NCBI GenBank assembly: GCA_963727805.1
Contig: CAVSHF010000003.1
Coordinates: forward strand, 1,472,001-1,536,000
DNA from: an uncultured Nitrospiraceae bacterium
GTDB taxonomy: Bacteria > Nitrospirota > Thermodesulfovibrionia > Thermodesulfovibrionales > Dissulfurispiraceae
Direction: 5' to 3'
Length of the DNA: 64,000 nucleotides
A model generated the notes under the pieces. The model saw only the letters and a list, made by a program, of their open reading frames with translations. It had not been told where the DNA came from and made no database searches. Every line of letters begins with the position of its first letter. Position 1 is the first letter of the stretch. A program made the position numbers and the translations under genes. Below, one piece after another: positions 9,538 to 21,297 of the stretch.

Positions 9538-10308
9538 ATGGCTAAAAAATCTTTGGGTCAAAATTTCCTATTCGATCCGTCAATCCTGACTAGAATTATC
9601 GAGGTCGCTGGCATCACATCGGACGATACCATAGTGGAGATCGGACCTGGCCCCGGCAGGCTCACGCTGATGCTCGCAAAAAAAGTCAAGAGGATCGTTG
9701 CTATCGAGCTCGACAGGGCTTTATGCACCAGATTGAATGACGAAATTGTCGGCACGGAAAATGTTGAACTTGTTCTCGGTGATGCTATGAAATATAATTA
9801 TAGTGGGCTAGGACCATTTAAGGTTGTTGCCAATATTCCTTATTACATCACAACACCTCTGATCTTCAAGCTGATCGAGGCAAGGTCAAACCTCATCTCA
9901 ATGACTCTCACGATTCAAAAAGAGGTCGCTGAAAGGATCGTCGCCAGTCCGGGCACCAAGGATTACGGGGTACTGTCTCTGGCGGTCCAGTATTACGCCG
10001 AACCCCAGATTAAATTCATTATCCCGGCGAGCGCATTCAGACCAATGCCGAAGGTCGATTCGGCGGCCATTCACATGCTTATCCGAAAATGTCCAAAGGT
10101 TATCGTGGCTGACGAGGCATATTTCTTCAAGGTCATCAGGGCCGGCTTCTCGCAGCGTAGAAAAACGCTCTCCAATGCTCTGAAGTCTCTCAGGAAGGAC
10201 ATACGAGGTGTCCTGATTGATATGGGAATTGATCCTCTCAGAAGGGCAGAGACGCTAAGTATGGAAGAGTTTGCAAAACTTGCCGATACCCTTCACCGCA
10301 TCGGATAG
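9538..10308 (+). CDS. rsmA: 16S rRNA m6,2A1518/1519 dimethyltransferase
   Basis: KKSLGQNFL, EIGPGPG, VVANIPYYIT, F.PMPKVDSA, FSQRRKTL, RAETL. Confidence 0.97.
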   Translation: MAKKSLGQNFLFDPSILTRIIEVAGITSDDTIVEIGPGPGRLTLMLAKKVKRIVAIELDRALCTRLNDEIVGTENVELVLGDAMKYNYSGLGPFKVVANIPYYITTPLIFKLIEARSNLISMTLTIQKEVAERIVASPGTKDYGVLSLAVQYYAEPQIKFIIPASAFRPMPKVDSAAIHMLIRKCPKVIVADEAYFFKVIRAGFSQRRKTLSNALKSLRKDIRGVLIDMGIDPLRRAETLSMEEFAKLADTLHRIG

Positions 10309-10328
10309 ACCGATTTGCCTACAGATAT

Positions 10329-10358
10329 AAAAAAGGCCGCGTGCGATTACACGCGGCC
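10329..10358 (-). terminator. Intrinsic terminator after atpC
   Basis: GGCCGCGTG/CACGCGGCC 9-bp stem followed by U6 on minus strand. Confidence 0.85.
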
Positions 10359-10373
10359 CCGTCGAAATTATTT

Positions 10374-10784
10374 TTATCTTGCTATTTTCTTCTCTGCGAG
10401 CTGTACTCTAATCGTAGCCCTTTCGAGCGCAGATGTTGCACGCGCTACGTCGATCGTGTCCTGTTGCCTGAGTCTTTCCTCGGCGCGTTTCAGCGAAGCC
10501 TTCGCCCTCTCGACATCGATATCATCGGAAAGCTCGGCGCTGTCTGCAAGGATTACGACTTTATCCGGTCCCACTTCTGCATACCCTGAATTGATGAATA
10601 CATATTTCGTCTCGCTACCCTTGCGATATGAGAGCATGCCAATTTTGAGGGTCGTGATAAAATCCACATGCCCCGGCAGTACACCAAAATCCCCTTCACT
10701 CCCCGAGGTTGCTATCTCGTCGACGTCTTCCCCCAATATCTGGCCGTAAGGCGTTACTATTTCAAGACGCAGTTTATTCTCCAT
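10374..10784 (-). CDS. atpC: ATP synthase F1 epsilon
   Basis: LEIVTP, GSEGDFGVLPGH, VILADSAE..DDID. Confidence 0.96.
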   Translation of the reverse strand: MENKLRLEIVTPYGQILGEDVDEIATSGSEGDFGVLPGHVDFITTLKIGMLSYRKGSETKYVFINSGYAEVGPDKVVILADSAELSDDIDVERAKASLKRAEERLRQQDTIDVARATSALERATIRVQLAEKKIAR

Positions 10785-10802
10785 GGTTGCATGCCTCCAG
10801 CG

Positions 10803-12224
<1,422 letters not shown>

Positions 12225-12281
12225 TCATGTCCTCCTCTATACCTTCTCTCTCTTAGTTTCTCGATCTATCTCTTCAATAAC

Positions 12282-13160
12282 TTATTTCTTTAATGCTTCG
12301 ACGCCGCCGACGATGTCCATAAGCTCCTTCGTAATTGAAGCCTGTCTGGCCTTGTTATACTGAAGTGTGAGCCTCTTGATCATGTCGTCTGCGCTCTTGG
12401 TAGCATTCTCCATAGCAGCCATCCTCGAAGCCTCCTCTGAAGCCTGGGAGTCGAGCAGAGACCTGAAGATCTGTATCTCGACATTCTTCGGAAGCAATCT
12501 TTCGAAGATTACATTTTGGGAAGGCTCAAAGAGGAACTCTCCTGTAGCTTCCTCCGGCGAACCGGAAGCCGCAGGCGAACCCACCTCCTTGAACGGCAGC
12601 AGGCGAAGTGTGATCACCCTCTGAACGGCAGCAGACTTGAATTCAGTGTAAACTACCATGACCTCGTCAAAGGTCTCGTTGATATAATTATCAATAATAT
12701 CGGTCGCAATCTGTTGGGCGTTTTCATAGCTGATCCTGCCTGAGAGGCCGACCCAGGACTGTCTCAGCGCAATCTTCCGCCTCTTGAACAAATCGGTCGA
12801 TTTCTTACCGACGGAACTGATGCTCACTTCTTTGCCATCAGCCTGGAGTTCCTTGAGAAGCTTCGTTGCAGCCTTCATTATGTTTGTGTTGAAGCCTCCG
12901 CACAATCCCCTATCGGAAGAAAAGACAAGTAATTCCACCTTCTTGACGACTCGCACATCAAGCAAGGGATGTCCGCTCTCGACATTTTTTGCCATACCAC
13001 CAAGGACAGCATGCATCTTATTGGCATAAGGTCTAAGTTGAATAATTCTTCCGACGGCCCTTCTAAACTTAGCCGCAGCGACCATTTTCATGGCCTTCGT
13101 GATCTGCTTTGTACTCTTTACGGATGTAATCCGTCTTTTAATTTCCTTTAATCCCGGCAT
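12282..13160 (-). CDS. atpG: ATP synthase F1 gamma
   Basis: ITKAMKMVAAAK, SDRGLCGGFN, YNKARQASITKEL. Confidence 0.98.
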   Translation of the reverse strand: MPGLKEIKRRITSVKSTKQITKAMKMVAAAKFRRAVGRIIQLRPYANKMHAVLGGMAKNVESGHPLLDVRVVKKVELLVFSSDRGLCGGFNTNIMKAATKLLKELQADGKEVSISSVGKKSTDLFKRRKIALRQSWVGLSGRISYENAQQIATDIIDNYINETFDEVMVVYTEFKSAAVQRVITLRLLPFKEVGSPAASGSPEEATGEFLFEPSQNVIFERLLPKNVEIQIFRSLLDSQASEEASRMAAMENATKSADDMIKRLTLQYNKARQASITKELMDIVGGVEALKK

Positions 13161-13179
13161 TTGTCGTCACCTTCCCCGG

Positions 13180-14688
13180 TTAGGCTATGAAACTCTTTTT
13201 AAACTCCTGGATTCCTGCGGTAAGCTTCGCCTTCAGCTCGTCGTCGATCGCCTTTTTCTCCGCAACTTCCTTACGGACATCTGCCTTCTTATCTTTCATA
13301 TAGGCAATGAGTTCTGCTTCAAATCTCTTGATGTTCTCGACAGTCACATCATCCATCATGCCTGAGGTCGCTGCAAAGATCGCGATGACCTGATCTTCCA
13401 TTGGGACCGGCACATACTGGCCCTGCTTCAAGAGTTCGACCATTCTTTTCCCTCTCTCAATCTGAGCGAGAGTGGACTTGTCAAGGTCAGCGCCGAACTG
13501 GGCAAATGCCGCAAGTTCCCTGAACTGGGCCAAGGCAAGTCTGAGCGTTCCGGCGACCTGCTTCATCGCCTTTGTCTGAGCAGCACCGCCGACGCGGCTG
13601 ACCGAAAGACCGACGTTGACCGCGGGCCGGACACCTGCATAGAAAAGGTCAGGTTCAAGATATATCTGGCCGTCGGTAATAGAGATGACGTTTGTCGGAA
13701 TATAGGCTGATACGTCACCGGCCTGCGTTTCAATAATCGGAAGTGCTGTAAGGGAGCCTCCTCCGAGAGCGTCACTCACTTTTGCGGACCTTTCCAGCAA
13801 TCTTGAATGGAGATAGAAGACGTCTCCGGGGAATGCTTCACGTCCCGGAGGGCGCCTGAGCAGTAGCGAGAGCTGCCTGTATGCGGTAGCCTGCTTGCTC
13901 AAATCATCATAAATGATAAGAGCGTGCTTGCCGCTGTCCCTGAAATACTCGCCCATCGCGCATCCCGTATAAGGAGCGATGTACTGGAGAGGGGCCGGCT
14001 CGCTGGCAGAAGAAGAAACAATAATGGTGTGCTCCATTGCGCCGTATTCTTCAAGGGTCTTTACCACGCGGGCAACCGAGGCCCTCTTCTGACCTATCGC
14101 AACGTATATGCAAACGACGTCTCCGCCCTTCTGGTTGATGATAGCATCGATACCGATTGCGGTTTTTCCTGTTTGGCGGTCGCCAATGATAAGTTCTCTC
14201 TGTCCCCTGCCGATAGGGATCATCGAATCTACCGCCTTGACTCCCGTCTGCATCGGCTGGTTAACCGGGGATCTGTCGATAATACCGGGTGCGACAACGT
14301 CGACTATTCTCGTCGTCTTCGTGTTGACGGGGCCCTTACCATCGATCGGCTGGCCGATAGCATTGACGACGCGGCCTACCATTTCCGGGCCAACAGGTAC
14401 TGACATGATCTTACCGGTTCTTTTTACGACATCCCCTTCCTTGATGAGAGTGTCCTCGCCAAAGAGAACGGTCCCGACCATGTCTTCTTCAAGGTTAAGG
14501 GCCATTCCGTAAACACCGTTGGGGAATTCGAGGAGTTCCGAGGACATGCAATTATCAAGGCCGTAAACCCTTGCAATACCGTCACCGACACTCGTGACAA
14601 CACCCACTTCACTAACATCGACACGTTTTTCGAAGTCCGAAATCTGTTTCTTCAGGTACTCGCTGATCTCTTGAACTTTTATTTCCAT
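13180..14688 (-). CDS. atpA: ATP synthase F1 alpha
   Basis: [31 protein letters not shown]. Confidence 0.98.
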   Translation of the reverse strand: MEIKVQEISEYLKKQISDFEKRVDVSEVGVVTSVGDGIARVYGLDNCMSSELLEFPNGVYGMALNLEEDMVGTVLFGEDTLIKEGDVVKRTGKIMSVPVGPEMVGRVVNAIGQPIDGKGPVNTKTTRIVDVVAPGIIDRSPVNQPMQTGVKAVDSMIPIGRGQRELIIGDRQTGKTAIGIDAIINQKGGDVVCIYVAIGQKRASVARVVKTLEEYGAMEHTIIVSSSASEPAPLQYIAPYTGCAMGEYFRDSGKHALIIYDDLSKQATAYRQLSLLLRRPPGREAFPGDVFYLHSRLLERSAKVSDALGGGSLTALPIIETQAGDVSAYIPTNVISITDGQIYLEPDLFYAGVRPAVNVGLSVSRVGGAAQTKAMKQVAGTLRLALAQFRELAAFAQFGADLDKSTLAQIERGKRMVELLKQGQYVPVPMEDQVIAIFAATSGMMDDVTVENIKRFEAELIAYMKDKKADVRKEVAEKKAIDDELKAKLTAGIQEFKKSFIA

Positions 14689-14692
14689 CTTT

Positions 14693-15232
14693 TCACCCCT
14701 CTATGAACTTATCTCTTAGAAGCCTTAACTGGCCTTTTATACTGCTGTCATACATGGTACTTCCGATGCGTATCCTTACTCCTCCCAGAAGGGCCGGATC
14801 ATGGACGAATTCCATATCGATGTCGCGGCCGGTCACCTGCTTGAGGGACTGCTTGAGCTGCTCTTCGAACTGCTGGCTTATCGCTACAGGCGATGTCACG
14901 ATCGCCCGTGCCCGCTTCTTCATGTCAAGATAAAGCGCGGTAATCGCAGCAACAATTTCTGGCAGGCCGCCCAGTGCCTTTTCCGCCGACAGGTAGGCAA
15001 GATACTTCCCCACCTTTTCGGAGGCCTTGATTTTTTCGGAAATGAAGGTCAGGGTCTTCTGCCGCTCGTCCTCACTGAACAGGGGGCTAACGAGAAGCGT
15101 CCTGAAGCTCTTGTCCTTTCCCAACAGGCCCGATATGGCACCGAGCTGTTCGATGGCCTGAGGGATTTCAGCCATTTCGACATTCGCTAAAAACTTCTTC
15201 GCGTATTTCTTTACTCCTTTTACCTTTTTCAA
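14693..15232 (-). CDS. atpH: ATP synthase delta
   Basis: [30 protein letters not shown]; position before atpA. Confidence 0.93.
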   Translation of the reverse strand: MKKVKGVKKYAKKFLANVEMAEIPQAIEQLGAISGLLGKDKSFRTLLVSPLFSEDERQKTLTFISEKIKASEKVGKYLAYLSAEKALGGLPEIVAAITALYLDMKKRARAIVTSPVAISQQFEEQLKQSLKQVTGRDIDMEFVHDPALLGGVRIRIGSTMYDSSIKGQLRLLRDKFIEG

Positions 15233-15819
15233 TTTTTACCCTCTATCATTTTGATGGATTCCTTCAAGAGCCGTTCCTGCTCCTGCGGCGTCATCCTCGA
15301 TTTGATCTTCTCCTCGGCGAGTTTGATTGAGGCCTCAACTGCCTCAGCCTGAATTACCTGCTTGGCCTTTTTCACTTCAAAATCGATGTTTGTCTTCGCC
15401 TGTTCGACGATCTTGACCTTTAATTTTTCTCCCTCTTCGATAAGCCTGGCCTTCTCGCGCTGACCCGACTCAATTGCAGAGGATATGATATCGGCCACTT
15501 CCTTGTCCTTCAGCTTGAGCCTCTCTTCGACCTCCGCCAGTGCCTTAGCCGCAAGGGACTTGGCCTCTTGGGACTCCTTGATGCTCTTCTCGATCAAATC
15601 CCGCCTCTGCTTCAAGTGCTCCTTAATCGGCTTGCCCAGATAATACCCGAGTACGCCAACAAGAATGCCAAAGTTGAGAAGCTTCCAGACCCAGCTCATA
15701 ATCGAAGTCCCGTGCTCTGCTTCTTCCGCAAAGGCAAGCACAGGCATAAGCAGGACGGCGAGAAGGCTGCATACAAAAAAAATTTTATTTTTGAGTTGAG
15801 CCTTTTTAATGGGCATCAT
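15229..15819 (-). CDS. atpF: ATP synthase F0 subunit b with N-terminal leader
   Basis: AFAEEAEH..WKLLNFGILV..KPIKE plus coiled coil. Confidence 0.9.
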   Translation of the reverse strand: MMPIKKAQLKNKIFFVCSLLAVLLMPVLAFAEEAEHGTSIMSWVWKLLNFGILVGVLGYYLGKPIKEHLKQRRDLIEKSIKESQEAKSLAAKALAEVEERLKLKDKEVADIISSAIESGQREKARLIEEGEKLKVKIVEQAKTNIDFEVKKAKQVIQAEAVEASIKLAEEKIKSRMTPQEQERLLKESIKMIEGKN

Positions 15820-16238
15820 ATCTTCACCAACTTTCTGACGATCTCTTCAGAGAATGTTTCGATATCCGCCTTCAGCGCAACTCGTGCCTTTTCGGCCTCG
15901 GCCTGAAGTTCTTTTCGAGCCTTCTCAATCAACTGACCCGCTTCTGATTCAGATTTCGAAAGCGTCTCTTTCTGACTCGTAAGTCCTTCATCCCGAATTG
16001 CATTCTGAGAGGATTTCGCCTTTGCCCTTGCCTCCATGAGTTCTGCGTTCATGGCAGTGATGGCGTTGTCTTTTTTCGCCGTAAGTGCCTTCGCCTCTTC
16101 GAGTGCACCCTTGGTAGCCGCTTCGCGCTCTTTGAATATCTTTGCAAGAGGCTTGAAGAGCAGCCAATTGAGGGCCGCAAGGAGGATAAGGAAATTAGCG
16201 ACGAGGATAAAAAAATCACGCGCATGAAATTCCAGCAT
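15816..16238 (-). CDS. ATP synthase F0 subunit b' (second b paralog)
   Basis: ANFLILLAALNWLLFKPL..IFKERE plus coiled coil. Confidence 0.88.
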   Translation of the reverse strand: MLEFHARDFFILVANFLILLAALNWLLFKPLAKIFKEREAATKGALEEAKALTAKKDNAITAMNAELMEARAKAKSSQNAIRDEGLTSQKETLSKSESEAGQLIEKARKELQAEAEKARVALKADIETFSEEIVRKLVKI

Positions 16239-16293
16239 AATACCACCTTCTTTTATGAGATTGGTTTATCGTTTCAGCGTTAAAAAACGTTTG

Positions 16294-16323
16294 AAGTTAC
16301 CACAGGTGCTTTTTGGCTGTCAA
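16294..16323 (-). promoter_or_regulatory. sigma70 promoter of the atp operon
   Basis: TTGACA-18-TAACTT with extended TGn. Confidence 0.6.
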
Positions 16324-16377
16324 GGTTTTCCCTGATTATAATTTTTAATAATAAAATAAATGAATCAGGTCGATCTT

Positions 16378-17262
16378 TTATTGGTCAATGTCCCTGTGGG
16401 TTACGACCACCTCGATGCCGTGGCTCAATTGCACATTTCTCACAAGTTCCTGCACAATTACCGGAGACCGGTGTTTGCCACCGGTGCACCCCACACCGAT
16501 TACCAGATAGGCCCTGCCTTCTTTAATATAACGCGGTATAAGAAAGTCGAGCAGGTTATTGAGCCTGCCCATGAGTTCTTTTGTGTCCCCGCTTGCAAGG
16601 ACAAAATCAGCAACATCTCTGTCAAGGCCGGTCAAGAGTCTCAAAGATGGAACAAAATAGGGATTGGGGAGAAACCTGACGTCGAAGAGAAGGTCGACGT
16701 TCTGCGGGATACCGAATTTGTAACCGAAAGAGATCACGGCAATATTTAGTTTCTGCGTCGACTCAAATCGACCGTACGACGATATGATCAATTGCCTCAA
16801 ATTGTGAGGCGTATAGTTCGAGGTGTCGACAATCCTGTCGGCACTCTCCCTGAGGATCATCAATTGCCGCTTTTCCTCTTCGATGGCCTCTCCGATACCC
16901 GCCGCGCCGCTACTGGCGATCATAGGATGGGGACGTCGCGTCTCTTTGAACCTCCGTATCATCACTTCCTTTTCGGCTTCGAGAAAGAGTATCTCTATAG
17001 CGTACCGCTCTTTGAGGGTCGAGATGATCCGATAAGCGTCCCCCAGAAAGGTCTTTTCGCGGATATCCACGCCGATACCGACATTCCGCATGCTGGCACG
17101 GGACTCGATCGTGGCGAGGAACGATTCGATGAGCGTAACCGGAAGATTGTCGATGCAGAAAAAGCCGGTATCTTCGAGGGCCCTCAGGGCAACGGTCTTG
17201 CCGGCGCCTGAAAGCCCACTGACGATAACGAGCCTTATTCTGCTGTTCCCCTGTTCAGACAT
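16378..17262 (-). CDS. rapZ: RapZ/YvcJ P-loop nucleotide-binding protein
   Basis: SGLSGAGKT, CIDNLP, ETRRPHP, SFGYKFG, DVRFLPNP, GCTGGKHRS. Confidence 0.95.
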   Translation of the reverse strand: MSEQGNSRIRLVIVSGLSGAGKTVALRALEDTGFFCIDNLPVTLIESFLATIESRASMRNVGIGVDIREKTFLGDAYRIISTLKERYAIEILFLEAEKEVMIRRFKETRRPHPMIASSGAAGIGEAIEEEKRQLMILRESADRIVDTSNYTPHNLRQLIISSYGRFESTQKLNIAVISFGYKFGIPQNVDLLFDVRFLPNPYFVPSLRLLTGLDRDVADFVLASGDTKELMGRLNNLLDFLIPRYIKEGRAYLVIGVGCTGGKHRSPVIVQELVRNVQLSHGIEVVVTHRDIDQ

Positions 17263-17293
17263 TCAGAACGTTTGTTCCTTCTATTCGGTAGTA

Positions 17294-17812
17294 TTATTGT
17301 ACCGGCTCGATGAGACCAAAGTTTCCGTCACCGCGCCGGTAGACAACATTGATGTCACCGCTTATCTGATTGGCAAAGATGAAAAAGCTCTTGTCGAGGA
17401 GTTCCATCTGGTCCACTGCCTCTTCAGGGCTCATCGGCTTCATTTCGAACTTCTTGTACTTGATGATGTTGCCCGGTCCCTCTTTTTTCTCCGCTGAGGT
17501 GACAGCTGCTTTCTTGTCGGACTTTCTGAAGGTCTGGAGCTTTTCCTTGTATTTGACAACCTGCTTTTCGAGCTTGTCCACAACCTCGTCAATCGACGAA
17601 TAAATCTCTCCGGTCACGCTTTCGGCCTGGATCATATAGCCGTTGACTTTCATTAGAACCTCTGCTTTGTGCCGATATTTTTCGACACTGAGAGTGACCA
17701 CCGTTTCGGTGATATTGGGAAGATATTTCTCGAATTTGCCCATCTTCTCGATAGAGTAATTCTTTAACGCCGGCGTTACTTCGAGATGTCTCCCGTTAAC
17801 AATGATATTCAT
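17294..17812 (-). CDS. hpf: Ribosome hibernation promoting factor, long form
   Basis: GRHLEVTPAL, IYSSID..DKLEKQ, KPMSPEEA, VVYRRGDGNFGLIEP; ATG 17812 after GGAGG. Confidence 0.93.
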   Translation of the reverse strand: MNIIVNGRHLEVTPALKNYSIEKMGKFEKYLPNITETVVTLSVEKYRHKAEVLMKVNGYMIQAESVTGEIYSSIDEVVDKLEKQVVKYKEKLQTFRKSDKKAAVTSAEKKEGPGNIIKYKKFEMKPMSPEEAVDQMELLDKSFFIFANQISGDINVVYRRGDGNFGLIEPVQ

Positions 17813-17830
17813 AGTTTCCTCCAAAAATAA

Positions 17831-17901
17831 AAGTTAATGAGTTAGAAAGTTGCAGGGAGCAGAAGTGGCCACTCTACACTCCTCATCTCCTGCACTCTTC
17901 A
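17831..17901. repeat. Palindromically arranged degenerate octamer repeats
   Basis: AAGTTAAT GAGTTAGA AAGTTGCA GGGAGCAG AAGTGGCC then ACTCCTCA TCTCCTGC ACTCTTCA; arms partly complementary (TGCAGG/CCTGCA). Confidence 0.55.
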
Positions 17902-17907
17902 ATTGCC

Positions 17908-19356
17908 CTACTCGTATCTTTTTCTCATATTCTGCGGGGGAATTTTAAGTTCCTCCCGGTATTTGGCAACCGTTCGTCGCGCGATTTTCACGTTGTTTTC
18001 CTTTAATTTATCGGCTATCATTTTGTCGCTCATGGGCTTGCCTGCATCCTCCGATGCAACGATCTTCTTTATGATATCTTTGACTGATGTTGAGGAGACG
18101 TCTTCTCCGCTGCCTGCCTGGAGAGCGCTGCTGAAAAAGAACCTGAAGCTGTACACCCCATGTTCGCACGAAAGAAATTTATTCGATGTTACCCTGCTTA
18201 TTGTGCTTTCATGCATATTGATATCCTGTGCTACATCCTTGAGATTGAGGGGCTTGAGGAGTTTCCTTCCCCTATCGAAAAACTCCTGCTGAAACTTGAG
18301 GATGCTCTCGGATACTTTATAGATCGTCCTATTTCTCTGGTCGAGGCTTTTTATCAACTCCACGGCGAGCCTCAACTTCTCCCTCAAAAAAACCCTTTCT
18401 TCTTTGGTAAGGTTCTCCTTCTTCTGAAGAAGCTTCCTGTAAGCAGCGTTGAGACCAAGACGCGGCATTCCTTCATCATTCAGAATGATTTGATAGCCTT
18501 CGTCTGTCTTTATTATCGAAACATCAGGAGCGACATAAGATGCTTCTTCTCCCGAAAGACTGGTTGCAGGCCTCGGGTCGAGCCGTTCGATAACCCTTAC
18601 GGCGTCCATAACCTCATCGATAGTAAGCCCGTAAATGCGAGCAATATGGCCGTATTTATGCTTTTGAAGATCTTCGAGATTATGAGTAATCATCTTCTCG
18701 ACAAGAGTCCCTTCAAGATCGAGTGTCTTTACCTGGAGTAGTAAACACTCCCGCGGGTTCCTCGCCCCAACTCCGGAGGGATCGAAACTTTGCACAAGTG
18801 CTATGGCATCTTGGATTGCGCCGCCGGTATCTCCGGAAGCGGACATCAATTCTTCTTCGGTTGCCCTCAGATAGCCGTCATCGTCAAGATTGCCGATGAC
18901 AACCTCAGCCGCTCTTCTCACATTATCGTCGGCGCTGCAAAGCCTTAGCTGCCATAATAGATGCGAAGAGAGGTCCGGCTTTTTTGAATAAAAAAGTTCG
19001 TAGGAAGGCTTCTCTTCGTATCCGGAGGTGAAATAGCCAAGATCGCGGCCATCGCTGCTCCTTTCCTCGAAATAGTCATCAACGCTGAACTTTGTGAGAT
19101 TTTCCACCGAGAGTTCGCCTTCGTCTGCGTTGTCATCATAGACCGGCTCTTCCTCATGAGAGATCTCGGTGTCGGATGACGCTGCAACCTCCTCTTCCTC
19201 AACTTCTTCGAGGAAAGGATTGTCAGACAACTCCTGGTTGAGCACCTGAGCGAGTTCAAGCTGCGGCAACTGAAGAAGTTTGATTGCCTGTTGGAGCTGT
19301 GGTGTAAGCACCAGTTTTTGCGATAGTCTGAGATCGAGCCTGTTTTCGAGCGCCAT
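17908..19356 (-). CDS. rpoN: RNA polymerase sigma-54 factor
   Basis: TPQLQQAIKLLQL, HESTISRV, RpoN box ARRTVAKYRE. Confidence 0.98.
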   Translation of the reverse strand: MALENRLDLRLSQKLVLTPQLQQAIKLLQLPQLELAQVLNQELSDNPFLEEVEEEEVAASSDTEISHEEEPVYDDNADEGELSVENLTKFSVDDYFEERSSDGRDLGYFTSGYEEKPSYELFYSKKPDLSSHLLWQLRLCSADDNVRRAAEVVIGNLDDDGYLRATEEELMSASGDTGGAIQDAIALVQSFDPSGVGARNPRECLLLQVKTLDLEGTLVEKMITHNLEDLQKHKYGHIARIYGLTIDEVMDAVRVIERLDPRPATSLSGEEASYVAPDVSIIKTDEGYQIILNDEGMPRLGLNAAYRKLLQKKENLTKEERVFLREKLRLAVELIKSLDQRNRTIYKVSESILKFQQEFFDRGRKLLKPLNLKDVAQDINMHESTISRVTSNKFLSCEHGVYSFRFFFSSALQAGSGEDVSSTSVKDIIKKIVASEDAGKPMSDKMIADKLKENNVKIARRTVAKYREELKIPPQNMRKRYE

Positions 19357-20114
19357 TAGAGTCTGAACTCCTCTCCGAGATAGGCCTCTTTTACAGCCGC
19401 ATTGCTGACGAGTTCATCGGGCGTGCCTTCTGCGAGGACCGCTCCGTTATTTATGATGTAGGCCCTGTCGGTTATCGAAAGGGTCTCCCTGACATTATGG
19501 TCTGTTATCAGAATACCAAGCCCTTTCGACTTTAGATATGAGAGCATCTTCTTAAGCTCAATTATCGCAAGCGGATCGATGCCGGCAAAGGGTTCGTCAA
19601 AGAGCATAAAGGTCGGCTTGACTGCAATAGCCCTGGCAATCTCGGTGCGTCTCCTCTCTCCTCCGGAAAGCCGATATCCGTCCCTGTCGGCAAATTCGGT
19701 AAGGTTGAACTCCTCAAGAAGCCTGTTGACTTCTTCCTTGATATAGACCTTCCCGAGAGGGGCTCCCCCAAACTCGACAATTTCAAGAACTGCTTCTAGG
19801 TTCTGCCGCACTGTAAGCTTTCTGAATATCGAAGGTTCCTGCGGAAGATATCCGATGCCCTTTCTAGCCCTCATATACATGGGCAGCTTGCTCAAATCGT
19901 GACTATCCAGCAAGATATCTCCGCTCTCGGGCTTTATAAGCCCGACCACCATGTAAAAGGTCGTCGTCTTGCCTGCACCGTTGGGCCCAAGCAGACCTAC
20001 TATCTCTCCGGTATTGACGGAAAGGCTGACTTCTCTCACAACCTTCCTTTTGCCGTATACCTTGAGAAGATTTTTCACCTCAAGGGTGTGTGTATCCTTA
20101 TCTGTTATAACCAT
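19356..20114 (-). CDS. lptB: LPS export ABC ATPase
   Basis: GPNGAGKTTTFYM, YLPQEPSIFRKL, LSGGERRR, DEPFAGIDP, ITDHNVRE. Confidence 0.96.
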   Translation of the reverse strand: MVITDKDTHTLEVKNLLKVYGKRKVVREVSLSVNTGEIVGLLGPNGAGKTTTFYMVVGLIKPESGDILLDSHDLSKLPMYMRARKGIGYLPQEPSIFRKLTVRQNLEAVLEIVEFGGAPLGKVYIKEEVNRLLEEFNLTEFADRDGYRLSGGERRRTEIARAIAVKPTFMLFDEPFAGIDPLAIIELKKMLSYLKSKGLGILITDHNVRETLSITDRAYIINNGAVLAEGTPDELVSNAAVKEAYLGEEFRL

Positions 20115-20120
20115 AACGGT

Positions 20121-20750
20121 CTATTTCTTCTTATCCTGATTTTTATCAGTAGCTTTTCTTTCAGGGCGTCCCTGTTCTTTTTCGACGATAAAGACCTTGC
20201 TGTTTTCGACTAAAGACCGATCATCCTTCATGTAGTAAGTCATCTTTGTCCCGATCACGACGTTTTTCCCTTCTGCAGCCCTCGGACTCTCGGTAAAAAT
20301 AGCCCTTTCTTCGGGTCCCGCGAAATACATGAGCTTACCCGAGGTTACGACGCGATCTCCGCGTGTAAGCTTGACGTTTCCTTCAGCATCGATCTTGTCG
20401 ATATTGCTGCCACTGCCCCCTTCGATGTAATAGACGAGCATGCGGTCAGCGTAAAGGGTCATATCACCCTTTTTCGCGACAACCGAGCCAGTGAAAAGGG
20501 CCGTCTTAGCCTTGTTATCGGCGGTAAGTGATTCGGAAGTGATGATCGTCGGCATTGGCTGGGCATTCTTGTCTGCCGTCTCTACCGCATACGAGGCAGA
20601 ATCCATGAGACAGGTAATAGGTGATACTGCATAGAAAAGACAGAGAATAAAAAACGTTTTAAAGAGCAATCCAAACTTCCGGCTTTCCTGTGCTGTCTCC
20701 TGACTATTAACTTCTCTATTCTCATTTCTCACTCTTGTTCTATTTCCCAT
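20121..20750 (-). CDS. lptA: LptA/OstA-family periplasmic LPS transport protein
   Basis: FTGSVVAKKGDMTLYAD, IDAEGNV beta-jellyroll pattern; upstream of lptB. Confidence 0.85.
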   Translation of the reverse strand: MGNRTRVRNENREVNSQETAQESRKFGLLFKTFFILCLFYAVSPITCLMDSASYAVETADKNAQPMPTIITSESLTADNKAKTALFTGSVVAKKGDMTLYADRMLVYYIEGGSGSNIDKIDAEGNVKLTRGDRVVTSGKLMYFAGPEERAIFTESPRAAEGKNVVIGTKMTYYMKDDRSLVENSKVFIVEKEQGRPERKATDKNQDKKK

Positions 20751-21246
20751 TGAAAACCGCCTTTACGTTTTTATGCAAGGTTGCCGTGTCGGTAGTTGCC
20801 GTAAGGCTCTCTCCTTCCACATAAAATCTCTTTCCTATGATCATTACCTTATCGTCCGAAAGTAATAAATTTTTTGTAGCATCCCAGTGCAGCTTCGTAG
20901 TTACAATATCGTAATCCTTAGTCACAGCCTTGATATTGCCTTCGATCTTGAGGTCTTTGCTTTCAGTGTTATAAAGCCCATTTTCGGCCGTGAGGGTCAG
21001 TTCCTTTTCCGGGAAAAATATCTTAAGTGCCGTAAGCTGCACATCAGAGGCGGTCATAAAAACCGCCTTCTGGGCATCTACGATGAAACTAGTTCCCCCC
21101 CCCTTTTTCTGAACGATACTGACATTTTCCATATATGAATTTTCGCCGATATGGACCCGTCCTTTTATGTCGCTGTCCTGGAAGAAAAAAAGCGTCAGTA
21201 TCGTCAAAAGTCCAACCCCTGAAAGCAGGAACAACACCTTCTTCAT
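20740..21246 (-). CDS. lptC: LPS export protein LptC
   Basis: N-terminal TM, LTAENGLYN, GNI, TTKLHWD, LHKNVKA; first gene of lptCAB. Confidence 0.8.
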   Translation of the reverse strand: MKKVLFLLSGVGLLTILTLFFFQDSDIKGRVHIGENSYMENVSIVQKKGGGTSFIVDAQKAVFMTASDVQLTALKIFFPEKELTLTAENGLYNTESKDLKIEGNIKAVTKDYDIVTTKLHWDATKNLLLSDDKVMIIGKRFYVEGESLTATTDTATLHKNVKAVFNGK

Positions 21247-21251
21247 ATCAG

Positions 21252-21297
21252 ATATTACCACACAGGGGAACGCTTGTAAAGGCAAATTACATGCCAG
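21252..21297 (-). promoter_or_regulatory. sigma70 promoter (leaderless lptC) with abutting sigma54 -24/-12 site
   Basis: TTTACA-17-TAATAT (TGn extended) 5 nt before ATG; CTGGCATGTAATTTGCC (GG-N10-GC) at 21281-21297. Confidence 0.7.
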
